From NCBI GenBank assembly GCA_964536985.1, contig CAZIBG010000004.1, positions 3,595-67,594 of the forward strand: 64,000 bases of DNA, in the 5' to 3' direction. Positions 27,129-36,748 of this stretch are shown one piece after another (position 1 is the first letter of the stretch; the number at the start of each line of letters is the position of its first letter). A model generated the notes under the pieces. The model ran no database searches, was not told the DNA's origin, and saw only the letters and a program-made list of their open reading frames with translations. Source of the DNA: an uncultured Candidatus Saccharibacteria bacterium (GTDB lineage Bacteria > Patescibacteriota > Saccharimonadia > Saccharimonadales > AWTP1-31). The translations under genes and the position numbers were made by a program.

Positions 27129-30100
27129 CTATTGCAGCTTTATGTTAGAAGCACCAACGACTTCCGAAAGAGTGGAAACGGTTTGTTCGTTATGTTGAAT
27201 TTTCATAGGTAATTTAATGATCTGTCTATTGCTTTCGTCGCCAAGCACTAAAACTACTTCTGTGGTGCCGCTGTTTTGATCGATAATTGATTTAAGTTGC
27301 ATCAGCATTTGCTGGTTATTGTTATCGGCAAGTTTGATGTACAGGCGTGGATTTACGGTAGCGTCATCGGAAGCGGTTGCCGCGGCCTTTTTATTGGGTA
27401 CTTTAGGTTTACTGATTTTTGGTTTCTTTTGCTTCTTCATGGTCGGTATATAGTTTATCGCTTCGTCGGGTGTGATCTCTCGTGCCGCATCAACCATAAC
27501 TTGTGCAGTTGCACTTGGCTTCCCTTCGCGGTCTTGTCCGGATATTTTCCCAGTTATACTAATAACGCGGTCACGCTGCCATAGTTCGCCACTTTTGGCA
27601 TAAACACCCGGGAATAAGATAAGTTCCATCTCGCCAAACTCATCTGCAATCTTTGCGAATGCCATCTTTTGACCTTTTTTGGTCATGATCTCTCTGGATT
27701 CAACAATAACACCGCCAATTGTTACACTTTTGCCATGAAATTCAGGCAGTACATCCGGAATGGGCACTGTTTGCTCAGCAAGCCATATCTTGTAGTCTTC
27801 GAGAGGGTGAGAAGAAAGGTATAAACCAAGCAACTCACGCTCCCATTGGAGCTGTTCACGTTTTGTGATATTTCCCGCATCGGTATCAAGCTTTAGTTTG
27901 GGCTTCATTTGTTCGTTTATGTCTGCTGTTTCGCCGAACAGGTCGATTTGGCCGCTGGCTTTTTCTTTTTGAATACGGCTGGCATAGGCCAGTAGTACAT
28001 CGAGGTTTTCGAGCAGCATTCCGCGCGTTCCATATCGATCCAACGCGCCTGCCTTAATAAGACTTTCAAGAGTTTTTCGATTTACGATTCTAACATTTAC
28101 TCTTTCAAAAAAGTCTTCAAGGCTACTGAATGGACTCTCTGTTCGTGCTCGAAGGATTTCTTCGACTGCAGCGGTCCCGACGTTTTTGATGGCAGCCATT
28201 CCAAAACGTACTTCATGCTTATCGGGGGTTACCGCAAATTCCACGAAAGACTCGTTAATGTCTGGAGAAAGCACTGTAATTCCCATGTTATTGCACTCCG
28301 AAATCTCAATCGCTAATCGATCGGTGTCGTCGTAGTCGCTGGTCATTAAAGCAGCCATAAAGCTTTCTGGGTAGTGAGCTTTAAGCCAGGCGGTCTGATA
28401 GGCAATGTAGCCATAGCATGCCGAGTGACTCTTGTTAAAACAGTAATCGGCAAATGCTTCAAGTTGTGCCCAGAATTTATCGGCAAAGCTTTTGGGAACC
28501 TTGCTGTTTTCGATCATACCTTCGATAAAAGCCACCTTCATCTTGGCCATGGTTTCGCGCTGTTTCTTTCCAATGGCTTTTCGTAGTGTATCTGCCTGTC
28601 CACCAGTAAATCCGCACATATCCTTACTGATCTGCATAAACTGCTCTTGGTAGACCAAGATTCCATATGTTTCTGACAGCGCTGCCCTTAACCCCTCATG
28701 TTCATAGGTAACTTCTTTAAGACCATGTTTACGAGCGATGAAGTCGTCAATAAATTGCATTGGACCCGGACGGTACAGCGCCACCATGGCGATAATATCA
28801 TCGAACCTAGATGGCTTGAGTTCCCGTAGATAGCGTTTCATTCCGGCAGATTCAAGTTGAAAAACACCGGTAGTGTCACCTCGCTGCAGTAGCTCATAGG
28901 CTTTAATGTCATCAAGCGGGATGGCGGCAATATCTATATCTTTGCCATAAACTTTCTTAATGATACGAAGTGTGTTCTTGATAATTGTTAAGTTAGAAAG
29001 TCCTAGGAAGTCCATCTTAAGCAGTCCTAGCTCTTCTACGGGACCCATGGAATATTGGGTAGAAACTACACCTTTTTGGGCCATTTCGAGCGGCGCATAT
29101 TTAACAATTTCAGCTGGAGCAATAACTACACCAGCGGCATGAATACCATGACTCCTAATTGTGCCTTCCATCTGAACGGCAAGGTCAAAGATTCGTTTAC
29201 TTTGCTCGCTCGACTGATATTCGGCCTTTAGGTCGGGGTCTTTAACCAGAGAAACTTTTAACGGTTGATGGCGACCCATAACTGGTGGCGGAATCATTTT
29301 TGATAGCCTGTCAGCTTCGCTATAAGGAATCTGTAGAACACGAGCCACATCTCTTACGGCGTTACGAGCCGCCATTCGGCCAAAAGTAACAATATTGGCT
29401 ACACGGTCTTTGCCGTATTTTCTGACACAGTACTGGATGACCTCGTCGCGGCGAGTATCTTGGATGTCGATATCCACATCAGGCATGCTGATACGATCAG
29501 GATTCAGAAAACGTTCAAACAGCAGGTCATAGGCCATGGGGTCAAGTTCCGTGATACGCATTGCGTAGGCAATGATAGAGCCAGCTGCAGAGCCACGGCC
29601 TGGACCAAAGACAATTCCTTGGTCTTTACCCCAGTTAATAAAGTCCGACACGATTAAAAAATAACCGTTAAAGCCCATCGATGCTATTACGCCCAGTTCG
29701 TATTCCGCACGTGTAAGGATATTTGCCGGCAGTGTCTTCTTTGCCAAATCAATCGTGAGCTTTGCGGAATCGGTCAAGGAGATATCGCCGTAGCGCCATG
29801 CTAAACCTTGGTATACGAGGGTGTGAAGATATGTTTCCTCTGTTTCACCTTCTGGTACGGGAAACTTTGGTATTAAGATACCGCCAAGTTTTATCTCTAC
29901 ATTACATCGATCGGCTATGTCCCTGGTGTTTGTTATTACTTCCGGATGTTCATCTCCCCACCGTCCAATTATTTCTGCTGGATCGGTAACGTGTAGCTCG
30001 AAGTCTTTTAGGCTCATCCTTTTGGTATCGGTTAGGAAGGATCCAGTTTGCACGCACAGCAGTAGCTCGTGCGCTTCCTGATCTTCATGACGGAGGTAAT

Positions 30101-30764
30101 GGGCATCGCAGGTCAAGACGCACTTAATGTCTAGCTCCTTGGCTAGCTTGAAGGTCTGTTCAGTGACGCCCACCTGTTCCTTCCAAACGCTAGGGTGTTT
30201 GGGGTGTCCGTGATCCTGTATTTCAAGGTAATAGCGGTCACCGAAAACCGATTTATACCACTCGGCTGTTTTTTTGGCTTGTTCATATTGGCCATTACGA
30301 AGTGAATCCCCTACCTCGCCACCAATACAGCCGCTCAGGATGATCAATCCTTCATTATATTTCTTGAGTAAATCATGATCGACTCGAGGCTTATAGTAGA
30401 CGCCATCCAGGTTGGCGATGCTGCTCAGTCTCATTAAGTTCTCATACCCAACATTGTTCATGGCCAGGATAATAAGATGGAATGGAGTCCTGTCTTTTTG
30501 GGGATCACGGTCGTTTATGGTTCGCGGAGCTACATACGTCTCCATGCCAATGATAGGATTTATATCAGCCGCTTTGGCGGATTTGTAAAATTCAATTACA
30601 CCTGACATAGTCCCATGATCAGTAATTGCTACCGATTTCATGCCCTTTTCAGTGACATACTCCATTAGATCGGGTACTTTTGTTAAGCCATCAAGAAGAC
30701 TGTACTGCGTGTGATTATGCAAATGCACATAATCACTTGTAGTAAGTGTTTTTTCGGAAGCCAT
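27129..30764 (-). CDS. dnaE: DNA polymerase III alpha subunit
   Basis: 1211 aa with the PHP domain HLHNHTQYSLLDG, the palm/fingers segment GRGSAAGSIIAY...PDVDIDI, an OB fold and a C-terminal region. Confidence 0.95.
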   Translation of the reverse strand: MASEKTLTTSDYVHLHNHTQYSLLDGLTKVPDLMEYVTEKGMKSVAITDHGTMSGVIEFYKSAKAADINPIIGMETYVAPRTINDRDPQKDRTPFHLIILAMNNVGYENLMRLSSIANLDGVYYKPRVDHDLLKKYNEGLIILSGCIGGEVGDSLRNGQYEQAKKTAEWYKSVFGDRYYLEIQDHGHPKHPSVWKEQVGVTEQTFKLAKELDIKCVLTCDAHYLRHEDQEAHELLLCVQTGSFLTDTKRMSLKDFELHVTDPAEIIGRWGDEHPEVITNTRDIADRCNVEIKLGGILIPKFPVPEGETEETYLHTLVYQGLAWRYGDISLTDSAKLTIDLAKKTLPANILTRAEYELGVIASMGFNGYFLIVSDFINWGKDQGIVFGPGRGSAAGSIIAYAMRITELDPMAYDLLFERFLNPDRISMPDVDIDIQDTRRDEVIQYCVRKYGKDRVANIVTFGRMAARNAVRDVARVLQIPYSEADRLSKMIPPPVMGRHQPLKVSLVKDPDLKAEYQSSEQSKRIFDLAVQMEGTIRSHGIHAAGVVIAPAEIVKYAPLEMAQKGVVSTQYSMGPVEELGLLKMDFLGLSNLTIIKNTLRIIKKVYGKDIDIAAIPLDDIKAYELLQRGDTTGVFQLESAGMKRYLRELKPSRFDDIIAMVALYRPGPMQFIDDFIARKHGLKEVTYEHEGLRAALSETYGILVYQEQFMQISKDMCGFTGGQADTLRKAIGKKQRETMAKMKVAFIEGMIENSKVPKSFADKFWAQLEAFADYCFNKSHSACYGYIAYQTAWLKAHYPESFMAALMTSDYDDTDRLAIEISECNNMGITVLSPDINESFVEFAVTPDKHEVRFGMAAIKNVGTAAVEEILRARTESPFSSLEDFFERVNVRIVNRKTLESLIKAGALDRYGTRGMLLENLDVLLAYASRIQKEKASGQIDLFGETADINEQMKPKLKLDTDAGNITKREQLQWERELLGLYLSSHPLEDYKIWLAEQTVPIPDVLPEFHGKSVTIGGVIVESREIMTKKGQKMAFAKIADEFGEMELILFPGVYAKSGELWQRDRVISITGKISGQDREGKPSATAQVMVDAAREITPDEAINYIPTMKKQKKPKISKPKVPNKKAAATASDDATVNPRLYIKLADNNNQQMLMQLKSIIDQNSGTTEVVLVLGDESNRQIIKLPMKIQHNEQTVSTLSEVVGASNIKLQ

Positions 30765-30805
30765 TAGATACTGTTACCCCATTACTCTTATGTATCTATT
30801 ATAAC

Positions 30806-30835
30806 TAAAAATCCCTGGACTTGTTCGGCCAGGGA
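30806..30835 (-). terminator. intrinsic terminator after the YtxH-domain gene
   Basis: Minus strand TCCCTGG-ccgaacaagt-CCAGGGA followed by TTTTTAG. A TATAAT follows immediately and may serve dnaE. Confidence 0.6.
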
Positions 30836-30864
30836 TATTATTACAACGAATAAACGTTTGAAGT

Positions 30865-31272
30865 TTATGCGGCTTTATCTAAGAAGTTTTTTAGGTGCGC
30901 GACAGCATCTGTAACATCTTTAATAGCAGCTTTTAGGTCCTTATCGTCGGCACCTCCATCATGCAAGGCAGTGAGCATCTGTCGAGCCTTTTCCTTGGCA
31001 TCAACAGCCTTGGCTACAGCCGTATCAAGCTCTGGTTTGTGTTCAGCTTTAAATTTGAGGGCCATCTGTTTAGCTCGTTCGATTTGAGTTGTTACGTCAC
31101 CATGAAGTTTCTTAAGTTCTTTTTCTGCTTCACGCTTTGCTTTAAGTGCTGCATCTCGTACATCGTTTCTTGTTTCTTTGCCACTCTTAGGTGCTGTTAG
31201 GATGCCAGCTAGATAGCCGATACCTGCTGCAATACTGGCTCCAATAGCGAATCGTTTGGTATTCTTTTCCAT
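30865..31272 (-). CDS. YtxH-domain protein
   Basis: 135 aa. An N-terminal hydrophobic helix is followed by APKSGKETRNDVRD, then a long Lys/Ala/Glu-rich helix. Confidence 0.7.
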   Translation of the reverse strand: MEKNTKRFAIGASIAAGIGYLAGILTAPKSGKETRNDVRDAALKAKREAEKELKKLHGDVTTQIERAKQMALKFKAEHKPELDTAVAKAVDAKEKARQMLTALHDGGADDKDLKAAIKDVTDAVAHLKNFLDKAA

Positions 31273-31273
31273 A

Positions 31274-31534
31274 CTATTTCTCCTTCTTTTCTCTTACTGC
31301 GTGGATAACATTTGATACTAATTTGGCAATAGCAGCTGGTCCAGCGGTCTGCTGGAAGAATGTTGTGACTGAATCTGCTTTATCGGCAATTTGCTCAGCC
31401 TTCTCTGTTATACGTTTAATATGCTGCAATACCTTTATGGTATAGGCGGCGATTACGATACTTAGTAATAAAAAGATTGCAAGTAGTGAACTTACGATAA
31501 TAACTAGAACTGATGCACTAGAGTCTATTGTCAT
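31274..31534 (-). CDS. DUF948-like small membrane protein
   Basis: 86 aa. One N-terminal TM helix is followed by an amphipathic helix (LQHIKRITEKAEQIADKADSV). It is adjacent to the YtxH gene, which is a common pairing. Confidence 0.6.
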   Translation of the reverse strand: MTIDSSASVLVIIVSSLLAIFLLLSIVIAAYTIKVLQHIKRITEKAEQIADKADSVTTFFQQTAGPAAIAKLVSNVIHAVREKKEK

Positions 31535-31569
31535 GCCTTAAGTATACACCACAACCCACTCGGCAGAAG

Positions 31570-32427
31570 TTATGCGGCCAGAACCTCCATTCCGACTTTT
31601 ATCTGCTCTACGGATCCGGGAGCTATTTCTGCGTAACCATAGACTCCCATTACCGGCTCGGACTTTCCATCTACCATCTGTTGCATGGCTTTGAATAATT
31701 TCGGTACATCACCGTGATTCCGCCCAGTATACGAGCTGCGTCCGGTGGCTGCGCAGCGTATGGTTGCCCGTGTAATATGAATGGTTGCATTCCCAATTTT
31801 GAGGCTCCTACCAATCCAGGACTGTTCTTCCCCGGGTTCGTAATTGCCGGCAAAGACAAGACTAGGACGGAACCGATTGAAATCATAATCTTCTTCTAAA
31901 TGGCCGACTTCTTGCAGGGCATCTACCGATGCCTGAGTAACAATATGAAGCGGCGCGACAACCCTTTCGGCAGGAGCTGGTCCAACGGCTGCCAAAAGCC
32001 ACCTGTTTGTCTTGACAGCCAACCGGGCACTCCTGACCCCTAGGATAGAAGATATTTGCTCTGCAGCGGTATCACCCGCGTCTCGGACCTCTGGTAACTC
32101 ACCAAACTCGTTAACCAGTTGCTGGACGGGAGCCTCTGGGTTGTAATGCAACTGCACTACCGGTTCGGTGGAGTCTCCTCTATACATTGCTAGTGAATCA
32201 AAACCACCACCAAGCCACAAACCAGACAGTTGACGTCCATATCGTTTGATACTTAACCTGTTTTTAGCCGTGGTTGGATCAATAGAGGAATCATATGCCA
32301 CCCATGTTCTATCGTGCAGTAGACCACCGCCACTGGATAGAAACCCCGAATTAAGTTCGGTTCCTGGTCCGCCACTAAGTGGATAGACTAGAATATTGGA
32401 CAATTGTCCTTCGGTCTCCCTGCTCAT
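31570..32427 (-). CDS. MOSC domain-containing protein
   Basis: 285 aa with a MOSC_N-like ILVYPLSGG, then FRPSLVF and the Cys motif TIRCAATGRSSYTG. Confidence 0.7.
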   Translation of the reverse strand: MSRETEGQLSNILVYPLSGGPGTELNSGFLSSGGGLLHDRTWVAYDSSIDPTTAKNRLSIKRYGRQLSGLWLGGGFDSLAMYRGDSTEPVVQLHYNPEAPVQQLVNEFGELPEVRDAGDTAAEQISSILGVRSARLAVKTNRWLLAAVGPAPAERVVAPLHIVTQASVDALQEVGHLEEDYDFNRFRPSLVFAGNYEPGEEQSWIGRSLKIGNATIHITRATIRCAATGRSSYTGRNHGDVPKLFKAMQQMVDGKSEPVMGVYGYAEIAPGSVEQIKVGMEVLAA

Positions 32428-32436
32428 CTCTGGCTA

Positions 32437-33918
32437 TTATAAACTAAGATGTTTCTTTAGCAATGTTTGGGCAACAGAGGGGTTTGCTTTGCCTTGACTT
32501 AGTTTCATGACTTGACCAACCAAGAAGCCGATGGCTTTCATTTCGCCATTACGGACGTCTTCGGCTGCATCAGGATTAGCTGTAATGACATCAAGAACTA
32601 TTTTCTCGATAGCACCGTCGTCGGATTCTTGAATAAGACCTTTAGACTCGGCGTAATCTTCTATAGAGCCGGTCAGCTTTTTAACCTGCAGAAGATCGGT
32701 AATAACTTGTTTGGCGTTGCTCGAATTAAGTTTACTATCGGCAACGAGCTTAGATAGTTCGGAATACAATGTTCTTCGGTCGTCTTGACTCAATAGGACC
32801 ACATTACCTTCGGCAGCCCGAAATGGAATTTCAGTGTTAACCAACCAGTTAGCAATTTGCTTGGCAGAATCTGCTTTTTCGATAGCAGGCTCAATGATAG
32901 TCCTATAGCTAACTTGTGAATCTGCAACTTCTGCCTCCACCAGTATTTCTGTTTGACTGTGATCGAGTCCGAGTTTATGTAGCTTGTCACGCCACTCAGC
33001 AGGCAGACTAGGCATGCTATTTTTGATATTAGCTATATACTCATCAGACAAGGTGACCGGAGGAATATCCGGTTCTGGCATGTAACGGTAGTCGTGGGCC
33101 TGCTCTTTACCGCGCTGGCTGGCAGTTCTTTGCTTTGCCTCATCCCATCCTCGAGTTTCCTGAACAATGGCCTGCCCTTTTTCTAGCAATTCTATTTGAC
33201 GGCTTATTTCGTATTCAGCTGCTTTTTCAACACTTCTAAAGGAGTTGAGGTTCTTGGTTTCTGTCCTCGTTCCGAGATCATTCGTCTTGCTAACACTGAC
33301 ATTTACGTCAAACCGCATATTTCCATGGAATAGATCGGCGTCGGAAATGTCGGCATACTTCATGAGCAAGAATAGCTCATGGGCGTAGGCTCGAGCTTCT
33401 GCCGGGCTGTTAATCTCTGGTTCCGATACAATCTCGAGTAATGGCGTGCCAGCACGGTTAAGATCTACAAGACTATAGTCGGCATTAGCCGGGTGAGTAC
33501 TCTTGCCGGCATCAGCTTCCAGGTGAGCTCTGGTGATGCCAATGTTCTTCTTAACCCCGTCAACTTCGATTGTAACCGTTCCGCCCAGTACGATCGGATG
33601 GTAGAACTGAGTAATCTGATATCCCATCGGCAAGTCAGGGTAAAAGTAGTGCTTACGATCGAAAGTGCTGAACTTAGATGGTGTCGAACCCAGTGCGAAT
33701 GCAGCTTTAGAACCAAGGTCCACTGCCGCCTGGTTGAGGACGGGCAAGGCACCGGGCATCCCAAGATCGATGTGACTGATGAGTGTATTAGGTTCCGCAC
33801 CTCTGGCGTCGTTATTAACGGCCGAGAAGAGTTTTGTCTTAGTTTTTAGCTGGACGTGACATTCAATACCAATAGTTACTTTGTACTGATCACGAATCTC
33901 TTTTGTTATAACTGCCAT
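32437..33918 (-). CDS. gatB: Asp-tRNA(Asn)/Glu-tRNA(Gln) amidotransferase subunit B
   Basis: 493 aa with IGIECHVQLKTKTKLF, DRKHYFYPDLPMGYQITQ and a C-terminal YqeY-like domain. Confidence 0.95.
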   Translation of the reverse strand: MAVITKEIRDQYKVTIGIECHVQLKTKTKLFSAVNNDARGAEPNTLISHIDLGMPGALPVLNQAAVDLGSKAAFALGSTPSKFSTFDRKHYFYPDLPMGYQITQFYHPIVLGGTVTIEVDGVKKNIGITRAHLEADAGKSTHPANADYSLVDLNRAGTPLLEIVSEPEINSPAEARAYAHELFLLMKYADISDADLFHGNMRFDVNVSVSKTNDLGTRTETKNLNSFRSVEKAAEYEISRQIELLEKGQAIVQETRGWDEAKQRTASQRGKEQAHDYRYMPEPDIPPVTLSDEYIANIKNSMPSLPAEWRDKLHKLGLDHSQTEILVEAEVADSQVSYRTIIEPAIEKADSAKQIANWLVNTEIPFRAAEGNVVLLSQDDRRTLYSELSKLVADSKLNSSNAKQVITDLLQVKKLTGSIEDYAESKGLIQESDDGAIEKIVLDVITANPDAAEDVRNGEMKAIGFLVGQVMKLSQGKANPSVAQTLLKKHLSL

Positions 33919-33926
33919 GTGCCGAC

Positions 33927-34277
33927 CTACTCTAATGCCCCAAGGTCACGAAGTGCTTGTCGAATACCCACCAATGACTTCTTCACGTCAGTTTCTTTTA
34001 GTTTTCCATGTGAATCGTCGAGTAATTTTTTCGCCATATTATGAGCAAACCACACGCCGTCGTTATCACTAAGTAATTTCTGTGCCTCAACCATGCGTTC
34101 GCCCATGCTCTTGCCCTTGAGATGCTTCTTCTTTAGCGCTTCATCAAGCAGTTTATCGGCATTAATAACGGCTAGCGCCCAGGTGTCTTTACTCTTGCAG
34201 AACTTCTGAAGCTCGGTCCATTGATCCTTAAATTTTGCAGGCTTCAATTTTCGTCGTGGAATTAATTTTAGCTTCAT
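33927..34277 (-). CDS. hypothetical helical protein inserted between gatA and gatB
   Basis: 116 aa, Lys/Leu/Asp-rich and predicted all-alpha by eye. Its start overlaps the gatA stop by 4 nt, and its stop is 8 nt before the gatB ATG. Confidence 0.55.
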   Translation of the reverse strand: MKLKLIPRRKLKPAKFKDQWTELQKFCKSKDTWALAVINADKLLDEALKKKHLKGKSMGERMVEAQKLLSDNDGVWFAHNMAKKLLDDSHGKLKETDVKKSLVGIRQALRDLGALE

Positions 34278-35722
34278 TTTGAATGTTCCTTGTTAGTGAG
34301 GTTTTGGATAATCTTTTGAGCGCTGGCGCTTACACTTAGTAACATTCTATCAGCTTTTTGAGGCGCCATCATTTGTAATCCAACTGGAAGACCATTAATC
34401 TTGCCGGCTGGAATAACAATACCGGGTATGCCAACAAGGCTGGCGCCTACCGTCATAGCATCTTCTAAATACATTTTTAGTGGATCGGTTGTAGTCTCGC
34501 CCAACTTATAGGCAGTAGATGGTGCCGTAGGACCGACAAGTATGTCGACGCTTTCAAAAGCCTTGTTGAATTCGTTGATAAGCTTTGTCCGAACTGTCTG
34601 AGCCTTATTGTAGTAAGCATCGTAGTAGCCGCTGCTTAGCACATAAGCCCCAATCATTATGCGTCGCTTGGCCTCTGCACCGAACCCTATAGTTCGACTC
34701 TGCAGGTAGCTATCATCTAACGACTTTGCATCTGGATTGTTGTATCCGAAGCGCTGACCGTCATAACGACTAAGGTTACTGCTGATTTCTGCTGGAACAA
34801 TAATGTAATAGACCGCTAGCGAGAGCGGAAGGCTCGGCAGGCTGACTTCAGAAACCACTGCTCCGGCTTCTTTTAGGGCATCTACAGCAGCTTGAATACT
34901 TCGTCGAACTTCCGGATCAACACCTTCTACCATGTATTCTTTAATAACGCCGATTCTCTTGCCCTTTACATCTTCTGTAAAATCGACATATCCACGAGAA
35001 TCTTTATCTATAGTTGTGCTGTCGAGCTCGTCCTTGCCGGACATAACGTCCATGACTATAGCAACGTCCTCAACAGTCCGTCCGAGAGCACCAATGGTGT
35101 CTGTACTGCTAGCCATGGCTACCACACCTGAGCGCGATACCAATCCATACGTAGGCTTGTAACCAACTGCTCCCGTTAAGTGAGCTGGCATGCGCAATGA
35201 GCCACCAGTGTCCGTTCCGGTTGCAAATGGTGCCATATCGAGCATTACAGCTGCAGCAGAACCACCCGACGAACCACCGGGAACACGAGTTTTATCATGG
35301 GGATTTAGAGTTGCGAAGAAATCACTGTTTTCGGTTGTCGTTCCATGTCCGAACGCATCCATGTTAGCTTTGGCTACACAGATGGCGCCTTCAGCTTCTA
35401 AACGTTCGATTGCAGTGGACTGATATGGTGCGTTAAAACCCTTAAGAATGTTACTGGCGGCTGTCGTATCTGCTCCAAAAACTAGGAAGTTATCTTTAGC
35501 AATAAACGGTACTCCTGCAAGCCTACCAACGTTTGCTCCATCAGCTACAAGCTTATCGATCTCTATTGCTCGGGCTCGGGCTCGATCTTCGATAGTAGCA
35601 ATAATGGCACGATACTCGGACTTATCTTCAATAGCGCTTAATGCCCGTTCTACTAGGCTGACTGCTGTAGTTTTCCCAGACTGAACCTCATCTGCCAATT
35701 GGGTGATTACTGGCCAGCTCAT
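34274..35722 (-). CDS. gatA: Asp-tRNA(Asn)/Glu-tRNA(Gln) amidotransferase subunit A
   Basis: 482 aa with the amidase signature GGSSGGSAAAV and the GTDTGGSLRMPA segment. Confidence 0.95.
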   Translation of the reverse strand: MSWPVITQLADEVQSGKTTAVSLVERALSAIEDKSEYRAIIATIEDRARARAIEIDKLVADGANVGRLAGVPFIAKDNFLVFGADTTAASNILKGFNAPYQSTAIERLEAEGAICVAKANMDAFGHGTTTENSDFFATLNPHDKTRVPGGSSGGSAAAVMLDMAPFATGTDTGGSLRMPAHLTGAVGYKPTYGLVSRSGVVAMASSTDTIGALGRTVEDVAIVMDVMSGKDELDSTTIDKDSRGYVDFTEDVKGKRIGVIKEYMVEGVDPEVRRSIQAAVDALKEAGAVVSEVSLPSLPLSLAVYYIIVPAEISSNLSRYDGQRFGYNNPDAKSLDDSYLQSRTIGFGAEAKRRIMIGAYVLSSGYYDAYYNKAQTVRTKLINEFNKAFESVDILVGPTAPSTAYKLGETTTDPLKMYLEDAMTVGASLVGIPGIVIPAGKINGLPVGLQMMAPQKADRMLLSVSASAQKIIQNLTNKEHSK

Positions 35723-36009
35723 AGTACTCGCCTGACTTTGATGTTATTGCCGGATCTTGTCGGTACGTTACTTAAAAGCTCCGTTGGGCTTGCACCGTAG
35801 TTTTTAACTTCATCAGGTCTAGTGACGTCTGTTAGTCCGGTTACCTGCGTGGTGGGCTCCAGTCCAGTAACATCAACTTCAGATAATTTTTCTACATAAC
35901 CTAAGATATCAGAGAGTTCATGTTGGAACTTTTCGATTTCTTGATCGGTGAGCTTGAGCTTAGCTAAACTAGCCAACTTTAATACATCAGTGCGGGTGAG
36001 GTCTGCCAT
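35719..36009 (-). CDS. gatC: Asp-tRNA(Asn)/Glu-tRNA(Gln) amidotransferase subunit C
   Basis: 96 aa. VLKLASLAKLKLTDQEIEKFQHELSDILGYVEKLSEVDV is typical GatC. It overlaps gatA by 4 nt. Confidence 0.9.
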   Translation of the reverse strand: MADLTRTDVLKLASLAKLKLTDQEIEKFQHELSDILGYVEKLSEVDVTGLEPTTQVTGLTDVTRPDEVKNYGASPTELLSNVPTRSGNNIKVRRVL

Positions 36010-36038
36010 TTGATTAATTCTAACGGATTATGGCCATT

Positions 36039-36737
36039 TTAACCAGTTAAAATCCAGCGGATGACCATGTCTTTGATTCTTTTGTAATCTTCTTCTGAGT
36101 ACTGCATATTGGCAATACAGAACCGTTTGCTGGTCAGATGTGAGCAGAACATGCAGTCTTGCAGGTCTTTGCTATCGTGAATAAAGAATGAGTTAGATAT
36201 CCCCCCTGACCACGAAATAGCAAAGCTATTAGTGGTCTCCTTGCTGTCCTCCACACGAATCGAAAATGTTGAGGATTGAGATCGTTGCCCGGCGATGATA
36301 AATTCGCTACCGTTATGTACGCTGTCACTGAATAGGACATTTTTGCTATGGGTGATGTCTTGTGAATGATAAATGTTTTCTGAAAAATATACATTGTCGG
36401 AATGACTGACATTTATAGAATCTATCTGTTTTTCTGTGGTGGTAAAGTTAACTTGTTTCCAGGCTTCCAAAATATCTTCAATCCGCTCGACTGGTCGAGT
36501 TGGACGATCCCAGAACCCATCGGGCTTACCCCAGACGTTATCAAGGGTCATAAACTTGGCTGGAGTTGTAGATTGAGCCCAGGTAGGCTCATTAGTTTCG
36601 CTGTCGTATACCATTTGCGGCAAACGAACATCGAATGCAAACTTTTGCATAATTTGTTCTAAGGACAATGGATTCTGAAACCCAAATACCTGACCAATGA
36701 TTTTGTCGGCAATTTCTTTTGCCTGTTTTTCATCCAT
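36039..36737 (-). CDS. uncharacterised 232-aa protein, paralog B (hexad-repeat core)
   Basis: It aligns without gaps to the upstream 232-aa ORF, at roughly 55-60% identity by eye. Shared blocks are MDE..AKE..DKI.GQVFGFQNPL.L.Q.MQKFAFD.RLPQ, PTWAQST, the period-6 repeats, LQDCMFCS, IANMQ and RWILTG. Confidence 0.7.
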   Translation of the reverse strand: MDEKQAKEIADKIIGQVFGFQNPLSLEQIMQKFAFDVRLPQMVYDSETNEPTWAQSTTPAKFMTLDNVWGKPDGFWDRPTRPVERIEDILEAWKQVNFTTTEKQIDSINVSHSDNVYFSENIYHSQDITHSKNVLFSDSVHNGSEFIIAGQRSQSSTFSIRVEDSKETTNSFAISWSGGISNSFFIHDSKDLQDCMFCSHLTSKRFCIANMQYSEEDYKRIKDMVIRWILTG

Positions 36738-36748
36738 TAAGCACTAGT

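Noticed and set aside
30812-30835. GAACAAGTCC within the hairpin upstream of dnaE as a Cheo-type LexA box (GAAC-N4-GTTC)
   Set aside because: The right half-site is CCAG rather than GTTC. The sequence is fully explained as the loop and stem of the terminator after the YtxH gene. I saw no comparable box upstream of uvrB, radA or recG.
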